Below are positions 24,151 through 36,215 of a stretch of 64,000 bases of DNA, in pieces (positions within the stretch are counted from its first letter, which is position 1; every line of letters begins with the position of its first letter). The notes beneath the pieces were generated by a model, which saw only the letters and a list, made by a program, of their open reading frames with translations, made no database searches and was not told where the DNA came from. A program made the translations under genes and the position numbers. This stretch comes from Scyliorhinus canicula (lineage: Eukaryota): assembly GCF_902713615.1 (NCBI RefSeq), contig NW_024055470.1, forward strand, positions 62,001 to 126,000. The letters run 5' to 3'.

Positions 24151-25163
24151 TTTAGCCACCTAAGATGGACACTGGGCTAACAAAATGAAGAACTGCTAAG
24201 ACTGTAGGGAGAAAACAGTTTAGCCAGGACAAGCAGTCTGCAAAGGCTAATTAGCATTCTGCACGTAGCAAAACTGGTTTATGGCCAGATGGAAGATCTC
24301 AACCAAAGGTGTAAATAGCAAAACGCTTTGCATAGTAATGAGGTGATCCAGATCTGGGCCCACACAATAGCAACATTTGGGTTTGAATGGATACTTTGAG
24401 TGGACGCCCAGACGAAACGGCACCAGAAGTATCCATCACATAAGACCCTAGAGACCGCCCCACCCATCGAGAAGAGACCCTCAGATTGGGGGATTTGTAA
24501 GACATCGATTGGGAAATGATCCAATCGATACATGGCAGGTAAAGGCCCGCCCCGAAAAGGCACGGACATTGGGGGCCCTATAAAGATAGACCCCGCACAT
24601 GGTTCTGTCTGTTTTTGTGCTCCGGCTTGGACTGCTGTTTTGACTCCGGCCCAGATCTGCTGTTGTATCCTGACTCCGACTCCAGCCGTTGATCCTGTCT
24701 CCCATCACCAGCCATTGAGCACCAGCCATCGTTCAGTAAATGCCAAAACGACGCTCGCTACGTGAACCCGGCATTACTTATACAGTATTCGACTATTAGT
24801 GAACAGAAGGTGCAGCCCAGAAAGGAACAAAGGCCTTGTCCCCTGACCTTGCTGGTTCCTACTTAGATAAGTATTTAGTCGTTTAACAGTAGAAATAAGT
24901 ATTAGTCTTTAGTGTGTGCATGCGTATTTATTATATTTGTATAATAAATATTGATCGTTTGAACTTACTGATCGGTGTATAGTTTTATTACTTTGAACCT
25001 GACCTTGAAATACTTGTGAGGTGTCTATATACGGCACCTGGCGACTCCGAGCTGAAAATACACACACACACAGCTGTAGCAGTGTTAAGCACACGGCCTT
25101 TAAACGGAGGCGTGTTAATACACTCCAATAAACGCGTAATACACTCAAGTAAAACGTGCAACA
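24151..25163 (+). mobile_element. Solo LTR, same family as 11159-12128, TSD TTGG, in the GPCR intron
   Basis: Starts tttagccacc, ends acgtgcaaca; ttgg at 24147-24150 and 25164-25167; splits an older SINE. Confidence 0.85.
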
Positions 25164-27000
25164 TTGGAAACTAAACACAATTTATCATGGCCAATCCACC
25201 TAACCTGCACATCTTTGGACTGTGGGAGAAAACTGCAGTCTCTTCACAGACAGTCACCAAAGGTAGGAATTGATTCGGGAACCTGGTGCTGTGAGGCAGC
25301 AGTGCCAACCACTGCATCACTGTGCCACCAATGTCATTAGGAAGGGACAGAACAGGATTAAGCGGATGGAATTAACAGAGGAAGAAATGACCTTGCTGGG
25401 GCTGGAACAGGCCGAAGTAATGGGTCTACTGGGACTTTCCTGTTTGTGGATTTTGGGAAGGAGGTAGAAGCGGGAGGTTGATGCAGGATGTGTGGGGTTG
25501 TAGGACGATGATGTCCGAGGCTGTGGTCAGAGGATATCCAGAGCCAATGAGGCCAGTGAGTGTCCTGGGAACAATATCATGATGTTTGGTGGTGTGCTGC
25601 TGGTCCAGGAGGAGGTAGCAGGATGGGCCTGAGAGTTGACGGTCAGTCTCTGTGAGGAATGAGTCAGTACACCAGACAATAATGGCACCACCCTTGTGGG
25701 TAGGTCAGGTCACCAGGTCAGGGTTGGATATTAGAGAGAGGATTGGAGCAAGTTTAGAGTGAGTCAGGATACAGATGGTGAGAGGCACAGAGAAATTGAG
25801 ACGGTCGATGTCACACTGACAGATCTCAATGAAAAGATCAAGAGCTGATAGGAGGCCAGAGGGTGGGGCCCAGGTAGAGGGAGATTACTGGAGGCAGATG
25901 GATTTCAGCACCAAATTTTCATAAAATAGACAGTGAGAAACAGCAGAGACAATATTATCTACTTACTGATCACCATCAGAATAACGACCAAAGAATTGAA
26001 AAGCAGAAGTCGGTCTCTGTTATTCTTGAATTTAGAACAGAATATAATAAAATCTTCCAGTCACAATGTCAACAGTAGGAAAAGTGGAATTAGTCGTATG
26101 ACTTAAAAGAAAACCAGTAACACAGGGTCTACTAAATAGTCGGCACATATTCCAAAGTCAACATCATTCCTGACACATTTCATCCAATTATTGCAATAAC
26201 TATCATAAATAATAGATCTGAGTAGTATAATAGATGTTAAACAATTTTACTTTCTAAAGGCCGTCAGTAAAATCCGACATAACAGACTGATGAGTAATCT
26301 CAGAGCCAGTGGAGTTTGGGGACACAGCAGCAGAATGGACACATGCTGGCGACACACACACAAAACAGGGAGAGGTGTTAAAGGGATTTAGGCTGATTGG
26401 TGGAAGGTGGGAAGTGGTGTTCCACAAGGATCAGCACTGGGATCACTCTCCTTCCCCATTCCCATCATCAGTATGGAATCGGGAAGCAGAACGATAATTA
26501 CACAATTTACAGACAAAATCAAATTGAGAGTGATAGTGAATACAGAGGAAGAATACAACTAATTACAGGAACACATTATCAGTAATTATGAATTTGCAAA
26601 GTGGGTATTTCAATGGGAAATTAATTTCCCGACAGATCAGTGTCTGCTGCTGCATTTTGATCAGAACAATAAGTCCCCCAATCACTCCTTGGAAAACAAG
26701 TGTGTGAATGGACTGGAGGGGTTTCTGGGTTCAGGTGAATAGATTCACAAATCGTGTGAAGCAGAAACACAGTTTAAAAACATCCATAACAATTGATCAA
26801 ACATGTGAGTTCATTTCAGAATGAATAGAAATGAGAAAATAATCACAAAACCTATTGGAATACTGCACTGTTGTGGGTTTTATGAAATATTGGAGTGTGG
26901 GTCATGTTTGTTCCTGTTGGAGTAGGTCAATAGAAAACAGAGATAGAGACATTTCACTTCATTCAATAAATATCAAACATCTTCAAAACTCAGCCAAACA

Positions 27001-27200
27001 GGGGCTGGTTTAGCTCACTGGGGGCTGGTTTAGCTCACTGGGCTAAATCGCTGGCTTTTAAAGCAGACCAAGGCAGGCCAGCAGCACGGTTCGATTCCCA
27101 TACCAGCCTCCCCAGACAGGCGCCGGGATGTGGCGACTAGGGGCTTTTCACAGTGACTTCATTGAAGCCTACTCGTGACAATAAGCGATTTTCATTTTCA
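27001..27200 (+). mobile_element. tRNA-derived SINE with duplicated head
   Basis: ggggctggtttagctcactg occurs twice; same family as 9022. Confidence 0.85.
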
Positions 27201-27834
27201 AACTCTTCCTGTTTTCAACCTATTCCAAAGTTAAAACTCACAGAGAGAACTCCACAGAATGGAGCGACAACTCACCAATAAAATACATCATTTCAAAATA
27301 GAACCAACTAATGTCAGTCCAGTTACTGACCCACAAACAATACAATTCCACATGGACAGATAGCCCCAGTAATAGAGAGATAATTAGATCAGATATTCCA
27401 CTCTGGTTAGAGACCCACACTCAGTACAATTCTACACTGTCAGATACTTCCAGTAATCCTTGTTCACCGCTGTTAGATATTCCAGTCTGGTTAGTGACCC
27501 AAACATCAGTCTGCTTTAATTCTTTCTCCTCCTAAACCTCCCTTCAGAGAAATTGCTTTCACTGAGATCCAATCTAACATTATACAAGATGCCACTCAAT
27601 ATAATAACTTCACCGGTCAGAGATCCAGTGAGTAACAAACAGAGGTTTATTGTGATTTGATGGAAGGGATTCAAACCATTGACACGCTTAAAGACATTTG
27701 ACAATGATATAGTTGATCAGGTGTCTGTATAACAGTGAGCATGAGATCAGGATTAAAAATTTTCACTCAGAGTTTCAAATCAGAGAGCCGCTCACACACA
27801 GATTTACACAAGTTCAATGGTGATAGTCACTTAC

Positions 27835-27901
27835 CAGGAACACCGACAATAGCAACGATTGTGTAGAATATTTTCTCAGCAATATCAATTGGATCATGCA
27901 T
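27835..27901 (-). CDS. GPR139-like GPCR exon 1 (MHDPIDIAEKIFYTIVAIVGVP+G)
   Basis: ATG at 27901; 67 nt, phase-1 donor G|GTAAGT; joins in frame to exon 2 for a 322-aa protein. Confidence 0.88.
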
Positions 27902-28249
27902 TTTCAATGTGAAGTGATGTGTCCTTTCGTGCTGGCGTCAGTCTCTGTGTTAAACTCCGAGGTTCTATGTTCCCAAAGCATTTAATTTATACCCTGGAGA
28001 ACCACCTCAGAGATATTGAGGTTGTGAAATCGTACACGTTATTATTAGAAATATATGAACAAACAGATTACAATATTGTGTTCAGTGAAATAAAATATTT
28101 TCTTTTGAGTGAGTGACCACTTTCCAAACACTGAACTGTGTTGATCACATTGTTCAGCTAACATTAACAGAAAGGATGCTGTCCACTCAGACAACATCAG
28201 TCCCATCTCTAGATCTCAGATTTTTTACAGTGATAACCCTCACACCACT

Positions 28250-29205
28250 GTGACCATTCAGTGATTCAGTTCCAATTGTCAGTGTGTTTCTCTGGGTCGT
28301 TTCACAGCACTCTGGGATGTAGCTGCCTCTGTAACTGTGACCATTCAGTGATTCGGTTCCAATTGTCAGTGTGTTTCTCTGGGTGGTTCCACTGCACTCT
28401 GGGGTGTAGCTGCCTCTGTAACTGTGACCATTCAGTGATTCAGTTCCAATTGTCAATGTGTTTCTCTGGGTGGTTCCACTGCACTCTGGGGTGTAGCTGC
28501 CTCTATCTGTGACCATTCAGTGATTCAGTTCCAATTGTCAGCGTGTTTCCCTGGGTGGGTCCACTGCACTCTGGGGTGTAGCTGTCTCTGTAACTGTGAC
28601 CATCCAGTGATTCAGTTCCAATTGTTAGTGTGTTTCTCTGGGTGGTTCCACTGCACTCTGGGGTGTAGCTGCCTCTATCTGTGACCATTCAGTGATTCAG
28701 TTCCAATTGTTAGTGTGTTTCTTTGGCTGGTTCCATTGCCCTCTGGGGTGTAGCTGCCTCTGTAACTGTGACCATTCAGTGATTCAGTTCCAATTGTCAG
28801 TGTGTTTCTCTGGGTGGTTCCACTGCACCCTGGGGTTTAGCTGTCTCTGTAACAGTGGCCATTCAGTGATTCAGTTCCAATTGTCAGTGGGTCTCTGGGT
28901 GGGTCCACTGCATTCTGGGGTGTCGCTGCCTCTGTAACTGACCATTCAGTGATTCAGTTGCAATTATCAGCGTGTTTCTCTGGGTGGGTCCACTGCACCC
29001 TGGGGTGTCGCTGCCTCTGTAACTGCGACCATTCGGTGATTCAGTTCCAATTGGCAGTGTGTTTCTCTGGGTGGGTCCACTGCACTCTGGGATGTAGCTG
29101 CCTCTATCTGTGACCATTCAGTGATTCAGTTCCAATTGGCAGTGTGTTCCTCTGGGTGGTTTCACTGCACTCTGGGATGTAGCTGCCTCTATCTGTGACC
29201 ATTCC
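28250..29205. repeat. 87/84-bp minisatellite, ~11 units
   Basis: gtgaccattcagtgattcagttccaattgtcagtgtgtttctctgggtggttccactgcactctggggtgtagctgcctct repeated. Confidence 0.95.
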
Positions 29206-29499
29206 TTGATTAGATATCAGTACGTTCTGTCTGAGCCTCAGTAGCAAATTTCAATGTCTCCAAAATCTGGAACTGTTTTAAGCGCAAAGTATGTGATCCC
29301 ATATCTAAATCTGATTCAGACCCTCAAACTAAGAAAATCTTTAGAACTATTGGAACCTCAGAAAACTCAGAGGCTGCAGCACATTCAAACTCAGCACCTC
29401 AGAGAGCAGCATTAAAACATATACAGCTGTGAAAACTAATACTGTACCCCGTCTCTAACTGATACCGGCCGTCCATCTGATAGGCAGACTGGCCAGACT

Positions 29500-29865
29500 G
29501 CTGGTTTAGCTCACTGGGCTAAATTCCTGGCTTTGAAAGCAGACCAAGCAGGCCACCAGCACGGTTCCATTCCCGTACCAGCCTCCCCGGACAGGTGCCG
29601 GAATGTGGCGACTAGGCGCTTTTCACAGTAACTTCATTGAAACCTACTCGTGGCAATAAGCGATTTTCATTTCATTAGGGGCTGGTTTAGCACACAGTGC
29701 TAAATTGCTGGCTTTTAAAGCAGACCAAGACAGGCCAACAGCACGGTTCGATTCCCGAACCAGCCTCCCTGAACAGGTGCCGGAATGTGGCGAGTGGGGG
29801 CTTTTCACAGTAACTTCACTGAAGCCTACTTGTGACAATAAGCGATTTTCATTAATTTCATTCAC
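29500..29865 (+). mobile_element. Two tandem copies of the (CATTT)-tailed SINE
   Basis: Heads at ~29500 and 29678. Confidence 0.85.
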
Positions 29866-29899
29866 TTAAACTGGGAGAGAGGCGGGGTGAGATGTGGAG

Positions 29900-30720
29900 G
29901 AAGAGAGAACTAGTCTGTGCGATGTGCTGCAAGAAGACAGGGTGAGAGAGAAAGAGGGTGGGAGGAGATAGAAAGGGAGAGAAAGAGGGTGGGAGAAATA
30001 AAGAATAAAACGAGAGAAGGAGGTAGATTGTCTGAGAGAAAGGGAAGCAGAGAGTGGAGACCGAGTGGGTGAGTGGATGATGGAGGCAGATTGTGTGAGA
30101 AGGATGGTGTATAAAATATTAACATAATATCAGACATAAGGAAAGGAGAGAGCGAGTGAGTGACTGAGGGAGTGGGAGAGGGAAAGAGTGTGAGAGAACG
30201 TGTGAGAGAGGGAAAGAGTGTGAGAGAATGAGAGAGGGGAAAGAGTGTGAGAGAATGAGAGAGGGAAAAAGTGTGAGAGAAAGTGGGAGAGAAGTAAAGA
30301 GTGCGACAGAGGTAAAGTGTGAGAGACGGAAAGAGTGTGAGATAAAGTGTGAAGGAGGGAAAGAGTGTGTGAGGGAGCGAGGCATGCAGGGAGAGAGAGA
30401 GGGAGAGAGCACAAGAGAGAGAGAGAGTGCAAAATGGGGAGAGAGTGCGAGAGAGGATTAGAGTGCGAGAGAGGGAGAGCGAGAGGGAGTGTGAGAGGGG
30501 GAGAGAGTGCGCGAGAGAGAGTGCGAGAGAGGGAGACTGTGTTTGAGAGGGAGACTGTGTTTGAGAGAGAGAGTGTGTGAGAGGGAGGGAGTGTGAGAGA
30601 GAGAGAGAGAGTGTGTGTGAGAGGGAGAGTGTGAGCGAGGGAGAGAGTGTGAGAGAGGGAGAATATGTGAGAGATAGAGAGTGTGTGAGAGAGGGAGAGA
30701 ATGGAAGGGAGCGATGGAGT
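29900..30720. repeat. GA-rich low-complexity/microsatellite tract
   Basis: (GA)n and gagtgtgagag motifs. Confidence 0.9.
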
Positions 30721-31204
30721 GTGCTTGGAGATATGGGGAACTGGGTATCATGTGGAAAACACATACGGATTAATAAATTTGCTGAGTAAACACACTTGAT
30801 CCTAAATTATAAAATCAGATACTGGATGAAGTAAATATCCTTCATGCAGTATTCCACTATTTAAGTTGTGAATAATTGACAGTGTGATAGGTCAGTTATT
30901 GTGCAGAGCTGGAATAGAAGTTGTCTTTCCCCAGTGAGAGGCCAGAAAGCAAACACGTGGCACAGCCGCTTTTAACAATAATTGCAATGCAACCTCAAAA
31001 AAGATAGACTTCCCTCTGATTATGAAATGTGCGTCTGTTTTGATTGGGTGGAACAGAGATGTTTTCAATATGAAAAGCACAGGCAGCGCCCAGGGTCAGA
31101 CAGATTGGAACTTACAATGAAGTTGATGTTTTGAAGTAATGAGTCAGCTAAAGTTACATCTGACTCCAGCTTCTCCCTCTCAAACTGCAGGGTAAACTCT
31201 ATCA

Positions 31205-31465
31205 TATTGTGATGTGGAGATGCCGGCGTTGGACTGGGGTGAGCACAGTAAGAAGTCTTACAACACCAGGTTAAAGTCCAACAGGTTTGTTTCAAACACG
31301 AGCTTTCAGAGCGCAGCTCCTTCCTCAGGTGAATGGTGAGGTATCATTCAGAAACATTTATATAGACAAAGTCAGAGATGCCGGGCAATGCTTGGAATGC
31401 GAGCATTTGCAGGTAATCAAATCATTACAGATCCAGAGAGAGGGATAATCACAGGTTAAAGAGTA
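31205..31465. mobile_element. Penelope-like fragment
   Basis: acaacaccaggttaaagtccaacaggtttg...gagctttc...gaatgcgagcatttg; a related piece lies at ~14340-14420. Family assignment is from recall. Confidence 0.55.
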
Positions 31466-31469
31466 ACCG

Positions 31470-34320
31470 CTGTAAATAGTGATGTGCGACGCACTGCAAA
31501 TAATGACATACTGACCATGGACCACAGTAAATAATGATATTCTACCCAGGGACCACTGTACTAATGATATACTACCGAGGGCCACTGTAAATAATGGCAT
31601 ACTACACAGGCAACACTGTAAATAAAGATATATCACCCAGTGACCACTGTAAATGATAACATAGTTTCCAGGGACCACTGTTAATAATGAAATTCCACCC
31701 TAGGACCTTGGTAAATAATGATGAAATTCTCAGGAACAACTGTAAATAATGATATATTGCCCAGAGACCACGGAAAATAATGATATACTACCCAGGGACC
31801 TCTGTAAATAATGATATACTAAGCAGGGACCACTAGAAATAATGATGTACTATCCAGGACCATTGTAAATAAGGAAATCACACGCTCGGACCGTTGAAGA
31901 TAATGATGTACTACAACTGGGCCGCTGTAAATAATGGCATACTGCCCAGGGACCACTGAAATAATAGAATAGTAGCCAGGGACCACTGGAAATAATGATA
32001 TACTACACAGGGACCACTGGAAATAATGATACACTACCCAGGGACCACTGTAAATAATGATATACTACACAGGGACCACTGTCAATAATGATATCCTACC
32101 CAGGGACCACTGTAAATAATGAAATTACACGCTGGGACCGTTGTAAATAATGATGTACTATACAGGGGCCAGTGTAAAGAATGACATTTTACCCAGGGAC
32201 CACTGGAAATAATGATATACTGGCCAGGGACCACTCTAAATAAGGATATACTATCCAGAGACCTCTGTAAATAACGAAACTACACGCTGGGCCGCTGTAT
32301 ATAATGATGTACTACACAGTGAAAAATATCTAATCCAGGGCCCCAGGAAATAACGAAATCAAACGAAATTAAACGAAATTAAATCATGATATATGACACG
32401 GGACCATTGTATATAATGATATACTGCCCAGGGACCACTGTATATAATGATACACAATCCAGTGACCACTGTAAATAATGATACACAATCCAGATACCAC
32501 TGTAAATAATGATATACTATCCAGGGATCACTGTAAATAATGATATACTGGCCAGGGACAATTTGGAACAGTGAAATTCCACTCTGGGACCGTTGTAAAT
32601 AATTATGTACTGCAAAGGGACCTCTGAAAAAAATGAATACTTCCCAGAGACCACAACATATAAAGATATACTACCCAGGGACAACTGTAAATAATGTTTT
32701 ATACCACACGGGAACCACGGTACATAATGATATACTGCCCAGGGACCACTGTAAATAATGACATGCTACCCACGGTCCATTCTAAATAATGATATACTAC
32801 CCAGACACCATTGTAAATAATGATATAGTATCCAGGGACACCTGTAAATAATGAAACTCCACCCTCGGACCATGGTAAATAATGATATTCTGCCGAGGGA
32901 CCACTTAGAATAATAATATTCAACCCAGGGAGCACTGTAAATAATAATATCCTCCTCAGGTAGAATATCATTATTTACAGTGATCCCTGGGTAGAATATC
33001 ATTATTAACCGCGGTCCCTGGTTAGAATATCATTATTTACAGTGATCCCTGGGCAGTATGTCGTTCTTTACAGTGATCCCTGGGCAGTATATCATTATTT
33101 ACAGTGATCCCTGGTTAGAATATCATTATTTACACTGGTCCCTTTGTAGTATCTCGTTATTTACCGTGGTCCCTGGGTAGAATATCCTTATTTAATGTTG
33201 CCCCTCTGTAGAATATAATTATTTACAGACGTTCCTGGGCGGTATGTCATTATTTGCAGTGGTCTCTGGGTAATATGTAACTATTTACACTGGTCCCTGG
33301 GTGGTAAATCATAATTTACAGTGGTCCCTGGGCAATATATAAATATTCACAGTGGTCCCTGGGTAGTATACCATTACTTACAGTGACCCTGGTAGCATAT
33401 CATTATTTACAATTGTCCCTGTGCAGTATATCATTATTCACAGTGGACCCTCAGTCGTAAATCATTATTTACCGTGGTCCTAGGCAACATATCATTATTT
33501 ACCGTGGTCCTAGGCAACATATCATTATTTACCGTGGTCCTAGGCAACATATCATTATTTACCGTGGTCCTAGGCAACATATCATTATTTACCGTGGTCC
33601 CTAGGCAGCATATCATTATTTACCGTGGTCCCTAGGCAGCATATCATTATTTACCGTGGTCCCTAGGCAGCATATCATTATTTACCGTGGTCCCTAGGCA
33701 GCATATCATTATTTACTGTGGTCCCTAGGCAACATATCATTATTTACTGTGGTCCCTCGGCAGCATATCATTATTTACAGTGGTCCCTAGGCAACATATC
33801 ATTATTTACTGTGGTCCCTCGGCAGCATATCATTATTTACAGTGGTCCCTAGGCAACATATCATTATTTACTGTGGTCCCTCGACAGCATATCATTATTT
33901 ACCGTGGTCCTAGGCAACATATCATTATTTACCGTGGTCCCTAGGCAGTAGATCATTATTTGCAGTGGTTCCTAGGCAACATATCATTATTTACTGTGGT
34001 CACGAGGCAGCATATCATTATTTACAATGGTCCCTAGGCAACATATCATTATTTACAGAGGGCCCTGGGCAATATATCATTAATCACATTGATCCTGTGG
34101 CAGTAGATCATTATTTGCAGTGGTCTCTGGGCACCATATCATTATTTACAGTGGCCCCCAGGCAACATATCATTATTTACAGTGGCCCCCAGGCAACATA
34201 TCATTATTTACCGTGGTCCTAGGCAACATATCATTATTTACCGTGGTCCCTAGGCAGTAGATCATTATTTGCAGTGGTCCCTAGGCAGCATATCATTATT
34301 TACAATGGTCCCTAGGCAAC
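31470..34320. repeat. 30-31-bp satellite with an internal inversion (palindromic array)
   Basis: Unit tgtaaataatgatatactacccagggaccac to ~32956, then its reverse complement from 32958 to 34320. Confidence 0.95.
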
Positions 34321-34323
34321 ATA

Positions 34324-34358
34324 GAGCGCCCTCTGCCGAGAAATGGCTGGGACTCCCA
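34324..34358 (-). promoter_or_regulatory. CTCF-like site downstream of the RSS
   Basis: Minus strand tgggagtccc-agccattt-ctcggcagagggcgctc. Confidence 0.6.
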
Positions 34359-34364
34359 GTGTGA

Positions 34365-34404
34365 GTGTTTGGGACGGGACCCGCTATATCTCTGCAGCAG
34401 TGTG
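34365..34404 (-). promoter_or_regulatory. Degenerate RSS (CACACTG, 23-24 bp spacer, poor nonamer)
   Basis: cacactg ctgcagagatatagcgggtcccgt cccaaacac. Confidence 0.7.
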
Positions 34405-34606
34405 GGCTCCATGGCGCAGAAATACACGGCACTGTCGGAGAGATCAGCCACGGCGATATTTAAAGGAACCGTTTGGTTTTCTTTGTGCAAAGCTGCCGAG
34501 AACCTGGCCTGGAAATCTGGAGACTTACCCGAACTGCCCTGACTATAGATTCTCATTACATTCCTCGGAGGATTCCCGGGATACTGAATATACCAGAAAA
34601 GAGTTT
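34405..34606 (-). pseudogene. 5'-truncated TCR V segment (alpha/delta-like), FR2-FR3 only
   Basis: TLFWYIQYPGNPPRNVMRIYSQGSSGKSPDFQARFSAALHKENQTVPLNIAVADLSDSAVYFCAMEP; close paralog of V 62608-63042; no leader or FR1. Confidence 0.92.
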
Positions 34607-35495
34607 CTGGTACCAGAAAAGAGAAAGCGGAAAATACTGGAACAACTCAGGGAGTCATGCGGCATTTGTCGACAGGCCAACAAAGCTCGACTTTCACCAT
34701 CACCTTTCATTCAAACCGGGACAGGTTAGAAATGTAGGACGCCTTGACCAAGAGAAATTCCGGAGGGAGGAAACAGAACAACAGGAAAGGATTCTGATAG
34801 GGGGCAAGTCAGGAGAGATTAAATAAGAAAAGACCTTGGATTCCCTGGCCACAAGGTGAGGTTAGCATCAAATCAGAGAATAATGACACCACAGTATGAG
34901 GCCATTCAGGCCGCCGAGTCTGTGCCAGCTCCCTGTTAGTGCAGTAGAAGAAACAAAGAAACAAAAGATATGTCTGGAAAAGCTATCGATAGCAGATTGA
35001 TCAACAACTACTGCCCGGACACAAAGAACAAGTGGAAACAAGATTCGAACCCAAAGCTGCGATGTAAGGACACACAAAATGGGTGCAGCATTTACAGTGT
35101 GAAACTGCTGAACACACACTGAGTGTGAAAGCTGTATTGAGCCCAGTGGAAAGATGCGCTGCTGTTCCTCGAGTGGCTGTTGAGCTTCTTTGGAACATTT
35201 CACGACTCCGAGGTCCGGGAGGTCAGCGTTAAGATCCAGCTCCCCAGTCAGTTCAATTCTCCACTTTGGCTCTGTGGATTAGATGGGTCACGTCCCTGTG
35301 GTTAACGCAGATCTGGAGCATCAATTCTACCCAAACGCACTCCAGCTCAGACACTGTGTCCCTCGAACATGTTCTGTGGGGAAAGAAACGACGTAAACAT
35401 CCCGAGTCCTGAGAAATCTTTTTCAGAGTGGGCCAATGTAAATCAACCCCGCCGTCAGCATCGCAAACAATTCGTAATCTCTGACCTGGAGTAAA

Positions 35496-35584
35496 GAGCC
35501 TGTCCTGGATTTAAACCCACGACCACTCCCATAGGCATTGATTGAAAATCCCTAAACGAGAACCAGACCTCGAGAAATAGAGCA
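35496..35584 (-). pseudogene. Decayed intron-containing tRNA-Pro(AGG), unit 1
   Basis: ...TTCTCGTTTAGGG[ATTTTCAATCAATGCCTA]TGGGAGTGGTCGTGGGTTTAAATCCAGGACAGGCTC aligns to the tRNA-Pro exons; AGG anticodon retained here. Confidence 0.75.
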
Positions 35585-35785
35585 CAAATTTAAAACCGAG
35601 CTGAAGCAAAATATAACTTATGTTAATTTCGATATAATTTCTACATCACATGGCTTTATATGTTGAGACATTTGTTTTTTTTTAAGAAACAGCTGTCGTC
35701 TGCAACAAGTGACCTGGTCTCTCAAGCAGACCATCAGAACCTGCAGCAACACAGTGACGTTGTACATTGTACACGTCCATTGATT

Positions 35786-36132
35786 TGGGCAGCACGGTAG
35801 CATTGTGGATAGCACAATCGCTTTACAGCTCTAGTATCCCAAGTTCGATTCCGGCTTGGGTCACTGTCTGTGTGGAATCTGCACTTCCTCCCCGTGTGTG
35901 CGTGGGTTTCCTCCGGGTGCTCCGATTTCCTCCCACAGTCCAAAGATGTGCAAGTCAGGTGGATTGGACGTGATAAATTTCCCTTAGTGTCCAAAATTTC
36001 CCTTAGTGTTGGGTTGGACTGGGTTATGGGGAAAGGGTAGAGGTGTTAACCTTGGGTAGGGTGCTCTTTCCAAGAGCCGGTGCAGACTCGATGGGCCGAA
36101 TGGTCTCCTTCTGCACTATAATTTCTATGAAA
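35786..36132 (+). mobile_element. Full V-SINE inserted just upstream of tRNA-Val in unit 1
   Basis: Absent from the other units; gatt duplication. Confidence 0.9.
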
Positions 36133-36143
36133 GATTGCCAGCG

Positions 36144-36215
36144 GTTTCTGTAGTGTAGTGGTTATTACGTCGCCTCAAAAGCGACAGGTCTCCGGCCCGA
36201 AACCGGACAGAAACA
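36144..36215 (+). pseudogene. tRNA-Val-derived pseudogene (loop reads CAA, T-loop CCCGAAA)
   Basis: GTTTCTGTAGTGTAGTGGTTATTACGTCGCCTCAAAAGCGACAGGTCTCCGGCCCGAAACCGGACAGAAACA; B-box destroyed. Confidence 0.85.

Noticed and set aside
29910-30789. Long Ser/Leu/His or Glu/Arg ORFs
   Set aside because: Artefacts of GA/TC low-complexity sequence.
28187-34320. CRISPR-like or coding interpretation of the 87-bp and 31-bp repeats
   Set aside because: Pure tandem repeats without unique spacers, in a vertebrate context, with no cas genes.
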